Of a DNA stretch of 64,000 nucleotides, positions 1 through 10,639 are shown one piece after another. The translations under genes and the position numbers were made by a program. The notes beneath the pieces were generated by a model. It was not told the DNA's origin. It was given only the letters and a program-made list of their open reading frames with translations, and did not search any database. The stretch covers positions 25,482,001-25,546,000 of the forward strand of contig NC_043014.1 in the NCBI RefSeq assembly GCF_006345805.1, read 5' to 3'. Each line of letters opens with the position of its first letter. The first letter of the stretch is position 1. The stretch comes from Octopus sinensis (taxonomy: Eukaryota).

Positions 1-1
1 A

Positions 2-3000
2 CATTGTATCTTCAGTGGAAAAACGACTTTGATTGGTTTCTTGAGTTTTGAAAGAACTTTTTTGTTGGTTATGGTCTAACTCTTTGGTATTGAGGTGTAG
101 GATTGGCTTTAAAACAGACCCTACTTTGCACTGAATGTTCCAAATGGATTTGGAAGAATCTTGAAAAACTTTTTCTGTTCTTCTAATGGAACTATGGGAA
201 ATGGAGGAAGACAATGAAGAGTAAGCAGAAGAGGAATGAATATTAGAAATAGAAGAGTCTCTTTCGGAAGACTTCTTAAACTGAACCTTCAAACTTGATG
301 CATGTGTCCCGTTAAGAAATTTTTGTCCTTTAGAAAATGTGTAAGAAACTGCTGCTGTACCATGGCGGTTGTGTGTCTTCAAGTGTCCCATCAAATTAGA
401 CTTTTGCGAAAAGGTACGCTGACATAGGCCACATCCATATGGCTTTTCTCCAGTGTGCACTCGAGTGTGTCGATTTCGATCAGAGGATGTGAAAAATGCC
501 TTATCACAGTAATCGCAGTGGTAGGGTCGTTCACCTGTATGTGTGCGGAGATGGTAACGCAAGTGGGAAGACTGTGAAAATGTACGGAAACAGATTTCAC
601 ACTGGTTTGGGGACTTCTCCTCAGAGATTTTTTTATTCCCAGCCACTATAGGTTGAGATGGTGCTGACTGTTCTTTCTCATTTGTCTTGGTAACTGGCAC
701 AAGCTTTTCAACTAAAACTACATCAGATTTTTCCTTTACCAAGTCACATACTTTTTCCTCTGTTGCAACATTTTCTGGATCTTTATCTGACAAACTTAGA
801 GATTTGAGGAGGTTGCTAGTTTCCTTGCTAGTTTCTGTTGTTTGTGGATCAGATGGCTGCTCTTCCATCAAATCAACATTTCCAGTGGTTACATTCATGG
901 TTCCCAAGCTCCTGTTCAGTCCTTTGTTGTTATAGAAGCTTTCATTAGATTTGAATACTGATCTAGATGGAATTCTGCCAGATAAATCTTTCTGTGAAGC
1001 AGATGTTGATATTGTAGAATCAAAGGCTTTAACATTTGTGGCCCAATTCAGGTTATCTTCTTGAGGTTGTTGGTTACACTGGTGTTTAGAAAGCTGAATG
1101 CTATCTGGGAAAGACTTTTCACACACAGCACAGCTTAGTGTAGCTGACAAATATGTGGCCGTATCAGATAGTGAATCATCAGAAATAGTGACTGTTCCAG
1201 ATTTCACAGGCAGCCATGATGAATCTGACTTATTGGATGCATGTGGAGTGGACGTTGTCTTTTCTTTTTTCTTGTACTCTGGTTTTTTCACCAAACTTGG
1301 ATGAGAAGCTTTGAGATGATTAGTGAGACTGTAATAATTAGTAAACTTCTGTTGACAAGCAGGACAACAGAAATTGATTTCAGAATGATTGGTGATTGTA
1401 GAGTGAGTTTGTTGATGTCTTGCCAACATAGAAGAAGTTGAAAATTTTTTTGGGCATAAACGACATCGATAAGGTCTATCACCAGTGTGAGAGCGAGTGT
1501 GGATGAGTAAATTTGAACGCTGAGTGAATCTTTTTCGGCAATGGTTGCATTTGAAAGGTTTCTCACCTGTATGAACTCGTGTGTGACGTTTCAGATCAGA
1601 TGATGTGAAGAAAGCTTTCCCACAATGTCTGCAGCCATAAGGTCTTTCTCCAGTGTGTGTTCGAATGTGATAAGTTAAGTGACATGCCTGAACAAAAGTA
1701 CGACCACATATTTCACACTGGTGTTGTTTACGATTATTTTCTAAACTTGGTGAACTTATTGGAAATTTTGGCCTTATTTTGCCTTCTTGATTTAATGAAG
1801 TTTTAGATTGTTTCATAACAGCCTCGGGGTCATTCCCTGATTCATCCACAGCAGCTTGTGTAATTGTAGTGTCTTTCTGTATGGATGCATTTTGAAAATT
1901 TACCTGCCTTTTCAAACTTTTTACCTGATTTTTAGATTTAGCCTTGGATTTTGTAGCATTATAAGCTACACTTTGTGTATTTTCATTGCATCTTTTGTAA
2001 GCTGGGGATTCTTCAGTAAATGCAGAGTCACCAGTTAACCAACTGTGTCCTGCAATAGAGATCTCTAGAGGTTTAACACTTGGCCTATAGTTGTGAGTGG
2101 TCTTAGAAATTAATCTATTGGACTTAGACCTGTTGAATAATTCAACTTCTTTGGAATCAGAAGCATCTTTTCTCTCCTGTGAGACAGAGTCTGCATCAAA
2201 TTTTGATGTAGATGTTATGTAGGTCGATGATGGATTGTCTTGAAACTTTTTGTCTCCTTTATTAAGTTGCCAATGACCAGATCTAACCTGGAGAAGTGTT
2301 ATTGGTTGAATTGTATTTTCTTTTCTGTGTCTGTCACTCTTCTTATGCACTACAACATGCTGACCAAGACTAGAGAGGTGTTGAAAGCGTTCTAAACACA
2401 TACTACATTGAAATAATTTATTGCCAGGATTCTCCATGTTATTTTGTCTTTGGTATAACTTTTTAGACAAGGAAATGGTGAACTTGTTGGGATAATATGT
2501 TCTATTTTGGGTTTCAACATTACTGACACCAGGCTCAGCAGAATGTTTCACACTGAATGTATGTTGTCTTCCAGCATAGAGTTTCTTATGGTGCCTAACC
2601 TGAACAAGGCTGGTTGTTACCCAACAGCATACATTGCACACGTACTTGCAGATTGAAGTGTGTTTCTTCAAATGCAGTAATAAAAAGACATTGAGATAGA
2701 ACCGACGAGAACAGTAGCCACATCTGAATGGCTTACGTTGTCTATGTCTTGAAGAATGTTGTCTGAGTGCAGATCTGGTGAAAAAGGATTTTGAGCAGAC
2801 TTTACAGGAATAATGTTTCTGCTCATTATGAGTCATGATGTGATTGATCAAAAGGCTGGAGTGGTCAAAGGACTTCATACAAAATGGACATTGGAAACCA
2901 CTATACTGCAAACGAGGTGCTAATGTTGTCATCATACTGACTAATTTCTTTGAACCAACTGGATCCTCAGATTCTACAGAAGCTGGTAAAGATGTAAGAT

Positions 3001-6000
3001 ACATGTTACCATCATTGCTGACATATGTGCTAAGATCTAAAGTAATATTTTCTGAAGGCTCTGCCTTATTTGAAGGGGATTCATTGCAACTGCTATTTTT
3101 TGTTTCACTGTAGGAGTTAGTTATCACTTCTCCTTTATCTGCATTATCTTTTCCATCAACTATCTCTTTGGGTTCTTCCTCAACATGGGACTGTGGCTGA
3201 GGAGAACATAAGTAACCTGCCATAGTTTCAAGGGGTTTTGAAGTTTTCTTCTCATGTACTTGGACAGCTGATTCAGAAGAATTTTCAAGTTCACAATGGG
3301 TTGCCATATGATATTTGAGAAAGTTTGCCCGTGAAAAGCACATTTGGCATATATTGCATTTGTAAGGCTTTTCACCTGTATGTAATCTTCGATGACGATA
3401 TAACATGGCTGTTGAGAAGAATTCACGGGGACAGAAATCACATTTGTATGGCTTTACACCTGAATGTGTTTTTACATGAGAAATAAGATTAGAGCTTTGA
3501 TTGAATCTTTTCTCACAATAGTCACAAGCAAAAGGTTTCTCACCAGTGTGTATGCGTGTGTGACGCTTGAGATCTGAGGATGTAAGGAACTCTTTACCAC
3601 ATGTATTGCAAATATGACAACGTTTCTGTTTGGTAATTCCACTTCTGACATTTAGATGGTTATGAGCATGTGTGGTGTGCTTGGAAAGTAGATGAATGCT
3701 GCTGAAAGTTCGCAAACACAGTTTGCATTTATAGCTTTTGGTTGTATGACATGCAAGATGTTTACTGAGAAGTGGAAAGTCTGAAAAGGATTTATTGCAG
3801 TGACTGCATCTGTATGGCCGTTGTGATGTAGCATGAGTGCGTAAATGGGACACAAGATTTGAATTCTGTGTAAAACGCTTGGCACAAAACTCACATTTGA
3901 AAGGTTTTTCCCCAGTATGAATTCGGGTGTGGCGATTCAAATCGGACGGCTTAGCAAAGGCCTTGCCACAATATACACACTTATATGGACGGTCACCAGT
4001 GTGTGTCCTGATGTGATATGTCAGGTGATTGGCCTGTTGGAATGTCTTACTACACAACATACATGCATACTGGTTCTCTTGGCCACACAACTTATCATCA
4101 CCTTGGATAGAAGTTCTCTTCAAATCCCTGCCATCATCTACGTTAGCATTATTTACAGTGGTTATACTGTTATCTGTACAGTTGCTCTCTCTAAAACATA
4201 CACCATTTGATGATGATAAAGACAGGGGAACAACATTTCCCATTTCATTTTTATTGGCATCAGTGAGTAGGTACCCTTTACTAGCTACTTTGTTAGTACC
4301 ATCATGTGACTCAGATGACAAACATGATTCTTCATCAGCACAAATTTTAGATGCAAGTTTATCCTGAAGTGGAGAAGACAAATCAATGCAGGTAATTTCT
4401 GGGTCAATTTTCAGTCTTTTGTCTGACCTTTCAGAATAGTTACAGTTTAATGTGTTAATATCTACAAATTCTTCACACAAGTAGGAAGACTCACCACTGT
4501 TTGTTACATTATTAGAATCTCTGTCAAAAGCAAAACTTTCTAGATTTGTTAGAGCCTGCATGTCAGGTATTTGGCATTGAATATCCTCTGATATACAAGG
4601 ACTGCTACTTGGAATGTTCAGTGCAGAAACAGCAAAGGAATTAGGAATAAGACTGCTGCACCCTGAGGACTGTTCACTACTATCATCACTAACATAGATA
4701 GGCAAAGTATTACAGTTGGTGGAACCAATGTCTCTGCTAGTTTCCCATTCCTCCAAAATTCCTTCACTTGTTACTAAACATGTGGGAATTTCATGAACTC
4801 TTGTTGATGAATCCCTGCCAGAGTTCACTTCTATATCCTTGCCTAATAATGACACTGGTTCTGTACCTGAGTAAGATGTTGAAACAGTTGAGTTACCTGA
4901 AGGTGTTAACAGCATCATATCATTCGTGCTAGTTAAATCAGCCACATTTGCAGTCTCCTCTAATTTTTGGCAGTTGTCAAAATCTAATTCAACTTTTATG
5001 TTGGATCCAGTCTGGCTTGGAGTTTGACTGATGCTATTTTTCACTATTCTACTACTTGTTTTTGTTTCATTGACACCGGCTTCTTTAGGATTTTCTACTC
5101 CTACAACTTTATCACTATTATATAACAATGACTGGAGGTTGTCAGCTAATGCAATTTCACTCTCAGAACTACTACTGCTTGTGTTGTTACTGCATGAGCT
5201 TTCTTTGCTGAAGTAACCTGCAGCATCAGAAGAAGATTGGACCACTGGCTCCTCGGTAATGACTTTGTCGTCAAAATCAAGTAGCACTGTTTTAACAGTA
5301 AATTGGTTATCAGGTGCCAAATCCTGAAGGACAGACTTACGATCTACTTCATCTTTTGTGACCACTAAAGGTAGTGGATCAACATCCATACTGCTATCAC
5401 ACAAGTCATGTTCCACCTTGAGATGTTGCACAAGATTACTGACTTCAAGAAACTGTCTTGAACAAAGGCTGCACATTAATGGGTTTTGACCTTCAACTGG
5501 GAAATTTTCAGCTGTGGTAGGATTTTCTTTTGCCACATTTGTTGGTGAAGAACTGATACCAGACATTAAGCTAGACAGCAGCTGTTTATCCCAACTACTA
5601 ACAGTTGATGGGAAGAAGTCAAGAGGAACCACTTTATCTTCTAGTTTCTTTACCTCAACTTGTTTAGAAACAATATTTAACAGTCCCTGAGTGCCTTTAT
5701 TATTTCTGTTAGTAGTAATATTATTATTGTTGATTGTATCATTAGGTGGGCTCTTGGTAGTACTGCTTTTTTTAGCAATGTCACCTTTGTTACTGATAAT
5801 GTTGTCAGTAGGAGTGCTGTTATCATTGTGGTGTACACGAATGTGTTGTGTAAGGGCAGCCCGTGTTGTGAAACCAATACTACACTGCATGCAGTGGTGT
5901 GGATAAACCTTGGTATGAGTGCGCAAATGAACTTTAAGGTTGGAGTTCTGTGTGAACCTCTTTCCACAGAAACGACATTGAAATGGCTTCTCTCCAGTGT

Positions 6001-6415
6001 GAATGCGAGTGTGTCTGTTAAGATCAGATGAAGTGGCAAAACGTTTTTCACAAAACATGCATCCATACGGCCTCTCACCTGTGTGCATTCGAACATGGAT
6101 TGTCAGCATAACTCCACTTACAAATACTTTGCCACAAATGTTACATTCATGGTGACCTCGTTTGCTGTTATCACTATGCTGTGACACTTTATGTGAATTG
6201 AGAAGTTCAACACTGCTAAAAGTTTTATTGCATTTTTGGCAGCAGTATTGTTTAGTAATTGGTGAGTGGTGGCCAGCACTTTCTTCATTTTCAGCAGCAT
6301 GGGTGCGCATATGACTTACAAGGTTATTCTTCCGACTAAAACGGCGAGAACACCACTTGCAGAAAAATGGCCTCTCCCCAGTGTGTACACGTGTGTGCTG
6401 GTTAAGATTAGACAT
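2..6415 (-). CDS. Giant multi-cluster C2H2 zinc-finger protein (ZNF-A), >=2138 aa, about 30 fingers, one uninterrupted reading frame, 3'-partial (runs off window start)
   Basis: Hand translation of the minus strand gives tandem C-x2-C-x12-H-x3-H fingers with TGEKP/TGERP linkers, e.g. [28 protein letters not shown] (~6450), FKCEFCAKRFTQNSNLVSHLRTH (~3900), YGCGLCQRTFSQKSNLMGHLKTH (~440). Clusters lie at ~6450-5830, ~4070-3295, ~2895-2345, ~1720-1395 and ~603-372, with single fingers near 5450 and 1100. All share one frame, open at base 2. Spacers were not fully hand-checked, but the ORF track lists no ATG-to-stop piece in this frame, implying no internal stop. The frame stays open upstream to TAA at 6603-6601; first in-frame ATG is 6415. 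Confidence 0.93.
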   Translation of the reverse strand, partial: MSNLNQHTRVHTGERPFFCKWCSRRFSRKNNLVSHMRTHAAENEESAGHHSPITKQYCCQKCNKTFSSVELLNSHKVSQHSDNSKRGHHECNICGKVFVSGVMLTIHVRMHTGERPYGCMFCEKRFATSSDLNRHTRIHTGEKPFQCRFCGKRFTQNSNLKVHLRTHTKVYPHHCMQCSIGFTTRAALTQHIRVHHNDNSTPTDNIISNKGDIAKKSSTTKSPPNDTINNNNITTNRNNKGTQGLLNIVSKQVEVKKLEDKVVPLDFFPSTVSSWDKQLLSSLMSGISSSPTNVAKENPTTAENFPVEGQNPLMCSLCSRQFLEVSNLVQHLKVEHDLCDSSMDVDPLPLVVTKDEVDRKSVLQDLAPDNQFTVKTVLLDFDDKVITEEPVVQSSSDAAGYFSKESSCSNNTSSSSSESEIALADNLQSLLYNSDKVVGVENPKEAGVNETKTSSRIVKNSISQTPSQTGSNIKVELDFDNCQKLEETANVADLTSTNDMMLLTPSGNSTVSTSYSGTEPVSLLGKDIEVNSGRDSSTRVHEIPTCLVTSEGILEEWETSRDIGSTNCNTLPIYVSDDSSEQSSGCSSLIPNSFAVSALNIPSSSPCISEDIQCQIPDMQALTNLESFAFDRDSNNVTNSGESSYLCEEFVDINTLNCNYSERSDKRLKIDPEITCIDLSSPLQDKLASKICADEESCLSSESHDGTNKVASKGYLLTDANKNEMGNVVPLSLSSSNGVCFRESNCTDNSITTVNNANVDDGRDLKRTSIQGDDKLCGQENQYACMLCSKTFQQANHLTYHIRTHTGDRPYKCVYCGKAFAKPSDLNRHTRIHTGEKPFKCEFCAKRFTQNSNLVSHLRTHATSQRPYRCSHCNKSFSDFPLLSKHLACHTTKSYKCKLCLRTFSSIHLLSKHTTHAHNHLNVRSGITKQKRCHICNTCGKEFLTSSDLKRHTRIHTGEKPFACDYCEKRFNQSSNLISHVKTHSGVKPYKCDFCPREFFSTAMLYRHRRLHTGEKPYKCNICQMCFSRANFLKYHMATHCELENSSESAVQVHEKKTSKPLETMAGYLCSPQPQSHVEEEPKEIVDGKDNADKGEVITNSYSETKNSSCNESPSNKAEPSENITLDLSTYVSNDGNMYLTSLPASVESEDPVGSKKLVSMMTTLAPRLQYSGFQCPFCMKSFDHSSLLINHIMTHNEQKHYSCKVCSKSFFTRSALRQHSSRHRQRKPFRCGYCSRRFYLNVFLLLHLKKHTSICKYVCNVCCWVTTSLVQVRHHKKLYAGRQHTFSVKHSAEPGVSNVETQNRTYYPNKFTISLSKKLYQRQNNMENPGNKLFQCSMCLERFQHLSSLGQHVVVHKKSDRHRKENTIQPITLLQVRSGHWQLNKGDKKFQDNPSSTYITSTSKFDADSVSQERKDASDSKEVELFNRSKSNRLISKTTHNYRPSVKPLEISIAGHSWLTGDSAFTEESPAYKRCNENTQSVAYNATKSKAKSKNQVKSLKRQVNFQNASIQKDTTITQAAVDESGNDPEAVMKQSKTSLNQEGKIRPKFPISSPSLENNRKQHQCEICGRTFVQACHLTYHIRTHTGERPYGCRHCGKAFFTSSDLKRHTRVHTGEKPFKCNHCRKRFTQRSNLLIHTRSHTGDRPYRCRLCPKKFSTSSMLARHQQTHSTITNHSEINFCCPACQQKFTNYYSLTNHLKASHPSLVKKPEYKKKEKTTSTPHASNKSDSSWLPVKSGTVTISDDSLSDTATYLSATLSCAVCEKSFPDSIQLSKHQCNQQPQEDNLNWATNVKAFDSTISTSASQKDLSGRIPSRSVFKSNESFYNNKGLNRSLGTMNVTTGNVDLMEEQPSDPQTTETSKETSNLLKSLSLSDKDPENVATEEKVCDLVKEKSDVVLVEKLVPVTKTNEKEQSAPSQPIVAGNKKISEEKSPNQCEICFRTFSQSSHLRYHLRTHTGERPYHCDYCDKAFFTSSDRNRHTRVHTGEKPYGCGLCQRTFSQKSNLMGHLKTHNRHGTAAVSYTFSKGQKFLNGTHASSLKVQFKKSSERDSSISNIHSSSAYSSLSSSISHSSIRRTEKVFQDSSKSIWNIQCKVGSVLKPILHLNTKELDHNQQKSSFKTQETNQSRFSTEDTM

Positions 6416-6968
6416 TGTAGAGAACACCTTATCACATGATCTGCATTGATAAGCCTTGTAGCCAGGGTAGATCTGCAGATATTTATTAAAATGGCCAGAA
6501 TAGTTAATGATTTGTAAGAAATACTTGCAAGTATAATCCACATGTACCGTCAGTAGGAAATGGCAAATGTGAGATATTTTAAGAGGAATTTATATGATGA
6601 TTAGCAACAGATATTGGTTGTTGTAGTTTGGGTGGAGTCAATGGCTGTTCCCTTTGGACGGGATCCATATATGAGAAGGTCATAACTAAGCAACTGGAAG
6701 AGTTTTCATGGCTAAGAAGTTAAAGCACATCACTTGGCCCCATATGTTGTAGGAGTGAGAGTAAAAAGACTTTACAGCAAGAGTGTAGCTGTTGCTACGT
6801 AGAAGATTGATGATGGGAATGTTTTCTGAATCTAGCTGCAACAGATGTTGATCAGACTTGACTGCATGGTAGTGAGACAGTATTGCCATGTGTATCCATG
6901 ACAACACGTCTGACTGGATGCAGCCAGTCATGATTACTTTCAACAAGTCACAATAAGAAAGTGTAAAC

Positions 6969-6990
6969 CTGCAGCTGAGAAAAAATAGCA
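6969..6990 (-). promoter_or_regulatory. Candidate tandem splice acceptors upstream of ZNF-A
   Basis: Minus strand reads ctattttttctcAG-ctgcAG-gtttacac: pyrimidine tract followed by two AGs 6 nt apart. Confidence 0.35.
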
Positions 6991-7100
6991 AGGTTTGCAT
7001 CCCGTAAAAACACTGGGTTCATCCCATTTGAATTCATGTCTTGTTAACAGTAGAGATTCATTTTTGACTAATCATCTTAAAAATTACATAACATTGGTAT

Positions 7101-7150
7101 AATAGTAGTAGTAGTAGCAGTAGTAGTAGTAGTAGTAATTGTTGTTGTTG
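7101..7150. repeat. (TAG)n then (GTT)n trinucleotide microsatellite
   Basis: tagtagtagtagtagcagtagtagtagtagtagtaattgttgttgttg read directly. Confidence 0.9.
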
Positions 7151-7198
7151 AAGAGGCAAAGTTCTCTGAAGCTCTTGTTAGTTGTTCATGATCCAGAC

Positions 7199-7220
7199 CT
7201 GTGATGAAAAAGAATATCAT
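7199..7220 (-). promoter_or_regulatory. Candidate splice acceptor of a ZNF-A leader exon
   Basis: Minus strand atattctttttcatcacAG|gtctggatc: good polypyrimidine tract plus CAG. Confidence 0.5.
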
Positions 7221-7699
7221 TATAAACACCAAAAATCTCACCCACATCAAGGTTAAAAAACAATATTGAATAACTGTGGGGAAAAAAAAAGGTGTGATAA
7301 AAAACAAATTTTTTTTTGCTTATTTTGTTATCCACACACACTCTACATGCCCTTGCATATCTACCATAACCCCCGCCCCCCAGCCATTCTCATTTCTCTC
7401 ATCATCATGTTACATTCACCTCTATCTCTAAACATCTTCCTTCACACTCTTATGTAACATACCCCTCTATCCCTTCTGTACCACTTAATATTCCACCCAC
7501 TATACCTTGTAGATATGTCCCCACCAGATCTTCACCATCTCTCTCTCTCTCTACCTCTCTATCACTTTTCCCTCTTCATTCTTGCCCCACTGAGGTAGCC
7601 AAGTATCTCCTCTATAGTAAGACACCCATCTTTATCTCTCTTTTATACTTTAACCTCTCAACCAACCCAAAGCCACTTCCCTCAGTACCATTCCCTCTC

Positions 7700-7935
7700 C
7701 CAGCTGAAGGGTTCTTGTCTTGCAAGTTACTAGGTGACCTCACTGATGCTGGTGCCATGTAAAAATGCACCAGGTGCCACACAAAATGCATCCAGTACAT
7801 TCAGTAAAGTGGTTGGCAAGAGGAAGGGTACCTAACCATACAAACCAAACAATGGAGCCTGATACAGTTCTCTGGCTTGCCAGTTCCTGCCAAACCATCT
7901 AGCATGGAAAATGGACATTAACTGATGATGATGAA
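7700..7935 (+). mobile_element. 3' UTR fragment of an abundant RTE-type LINE with (GAT)n tail
   Basis: Similar in reverse complement to copies at ~17963, ~22770, ~43262 and ~56724; ends agcatggaaaatggacattaactgatgatgatga. Confidence 0.6.
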
Positions 7936-8984
7936 AGTTAGTCTCAGAAAGAGATTAGCCCAAATCCATGGTCTTCTTTAAATCACCAGTGAACAAGTCA
8001 GAAATAGGGTAATTGGGAAATGCTAGCATGGTTAATGTTCACTTTGATTTCTTGCAAAGTGGCTTGCTTGGGGGGATAAAAAAAGCACAAAGTGGGGAAA
8101 ACAATTTTAGTGTGGTGTTATTCTAGATGGAAAGAAGGATTGGGTCCACAACTAAAGAAAGTGTCTGAAAGAAATAAAGTGAGATAGATAATATAATGGG
8201 CAAAGCAAGGGTGTGTGCAAGTGTGCATGAGTATGTGCAGATTTTAGTTTGGATAAGGAGATGTACAGTCAGCTGAAATTGTTGTTGTTTAGTCCCAATT
8301 CAATCTGATAGAGCAAAGTTATGATTAAAGATATAGCAGCTATTAGCTTTTTAGAAGTGTGTAGGACTATATTACTTACCAACTTCCTCACCTTCAGAGT
8401 TTTTTTATCCATATAATTTTTTTTCTTCACGATGGTGTTGGACAAATTTAAAAAGTTTAAAACTATCTTAATATTATAAAACATAGCAATTTGTCTGCTC
8501 TCTTTTTACTCCCTGTAGCCTCCTGCTACCTCTGTAAGAAACACCAATCTATTGTTCCCTTGATTGAGAGGGTGGGATGTAATTTGAGTAAGATTTCTAA
8601 CAAATCAAGTAACCACATAAGAGCTCCCTTGTTGGTCCATAAAAGGGACTAGTTGGAGAAGCAGAAGCAGCAGTGGAAGAGTACAGTAAACAACATTGTC
8701 AATGGTTGTAAAGAGTTTATGATTGAGGAGACGCAGTAGATCAATTTCGTATGAGAAAGGAAATTCTATATACATAAATATGCAATGGTGTCTGTGTGTG
8801 TGTTTGGAGTTACTCCAACTCCTCCCACACTGTCCAACCAATTTTAATGATTTTTGATACATAGATAGATCACATGCCCTGAAGTTTTCAAAAATTCGAT
8901 AATGCTCAGTTGGCATCAATTTTCGTGAGCTCAATTGAACTGGAAATTCCCATTATGATGTTATTTTCCCTGCAGCTTATGCAT

Positions 8985-9600
8985 TTTTTGTCCGATTTTG
9001 ATGAAACTTGATGAGTGAGCAAGGCTCATGGCAGTGAGTTGATGTCAGTATATGACGTCGACAATTGCACCTGAGCGGTGGTTTTATAAAATCAATAGGC
9101 TTTTTGTGTGCAAATACCCACAGGGATTTTATTTTTAGCCATAACTTTTATATTTTTTATCTGATTTTAATGAATTTGAGATGTAGGTAAATTTTGTGGT
9201 GGAGGAGACGGTAAAGGTGTTTATTTAATTCAAAAGGGCTCAAAAAGGGCACAAATGCAAGTAGAAATTTTACATGTGATTACACTTCATGTCCATTAGT
9301 TGATGTCAGCATGAAGAGTTGACAAAAATTTGATAATTGCGTGTGAGTAGGGGATTTTAAGAAATCAATAGGTTTTTTTGTATGCAATTACCTATAGAAT
9401 TAATATTTTATGCTGTAACTTTTACAGAATTCATCTGATTTTGATGAAATTTGACATTTAGGTAAAGTTTATGGTTAGAGTCATGTAGTAGAATTAAAAT
9501 TAAAGTGGTGAAAGGCAGAAATTGTCAAAATTCACTCACAATAAAATAATGAACTGATTTTGAAGAAAACTGACCCCCTTCGACATATGAAACATTGATT
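8985..9600. repeat. Degenerate internally repetitive element, ~180-200 bp period, core ctgattttgatgaaatttga
   Basis: Core variants at ~8990 (ccgattttgatgaaacttga), ~9160 (ctgattttaatgaatttga), ~9435 (ctgattttgatgaaatttga) and ~9555 (ctgattttgaagaaaactga). Neighbouring motifs such as aaatcaataggctttt also recur. Probably a non-autonomous DNA element. Confidence 0.5.
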
Positions 9601-10639
9601 ATTCATATAATGTATTGGGATTTAAAAGTCAATGGGATAATTTTCATGTAAATGGTCACATGGATTCTATTTTATGACATCACCTTAACACTTTTCTTTG
9701 GATTTTGCTGAGATTGGACACGCTGAGCAATTTTGCACAGAGGATGGCATTAAGGGGGAGAGAAATAAACAAACATCACTCTCAACGGGTTGAGGTACAC
9801 CCTGTAGTTTGACTGCGAATTCAGATGGTCCAGTATGTAGGAGTATGTCAAAAGCATTAACCAGATAAAATCCCTGCCAGATAAAATCCAAACCAGATAT
9901 AACATCTTAATGGGTAATAGTTGGCATGGGGAATGTAGAAGATTTCATTACAAGGTCAGAGGTAGGCTTAACTTCAACACAGAAAAAAACACGAGCAAAG
10001 CTGGGTCCAACAGCTAGTTATACATATATACAGCTGATACATTTACCCCTACTAGATTAAGTGTATTGGCTGTATTATTATCAATCCCACAGAGATAAAA
10101 TACAAGCCTGACTACACTTGAATTTGAACTAATATACTGTAATGTTTGTAGTATGGACAACCCTTGCCTTTTGTTTGACCTAACTGACTCAGTCACATTC
10201 TCAGTATATTATTGGTATACATTTTACTTATTCAAAGAAACAAGGAAAGCTAAAATGAACACTTGGCAAAATGTATATTCAGAAATACAAATCCTTTGGG
10301 AGTTGATTCCATAATATTCTAGTGTGACTCTTATAATCTGAGATAATTCTATCACTTGAAAAATGTTAAATAACTCATGAGCATATAGATGGGTGGGAAG
10401 GCTCTCTGTTGTGACCTAAACTCTTAGAATTGCAGTCAATTCTCTCTCAATTCACACCCATTATGCATGAAATAAAGACAGCATGACTAGATGTTGAATG
10501 TTGTTTCCATTCCTCATATGTCTACTCACCAGACAAAAGTTTATGGGACTAATGATAACATTGACTAAACCATCAGGTGCTGTTATAGTCTGCTGGTCAC
10601 AATGTGTTTCCAATTTTGTCTTGACTGCGCCATTCTCTT

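Noticed and set aside
391-6543. Short track ORFs overlapping ZNF-A (e.g. 391-600, 3160-3441, 5677-6096, 6316-6543)
   Set aside because: Off-frame or antisense shadows of the zinc-finger frame.
6601-6603. A-to-I recoding of the upstream TAA to extend ZNF-A
   Set aside because: It would need two edits, and the frame upstream reaches another stop after ~34 codons with no ATG, so nothing is gained.
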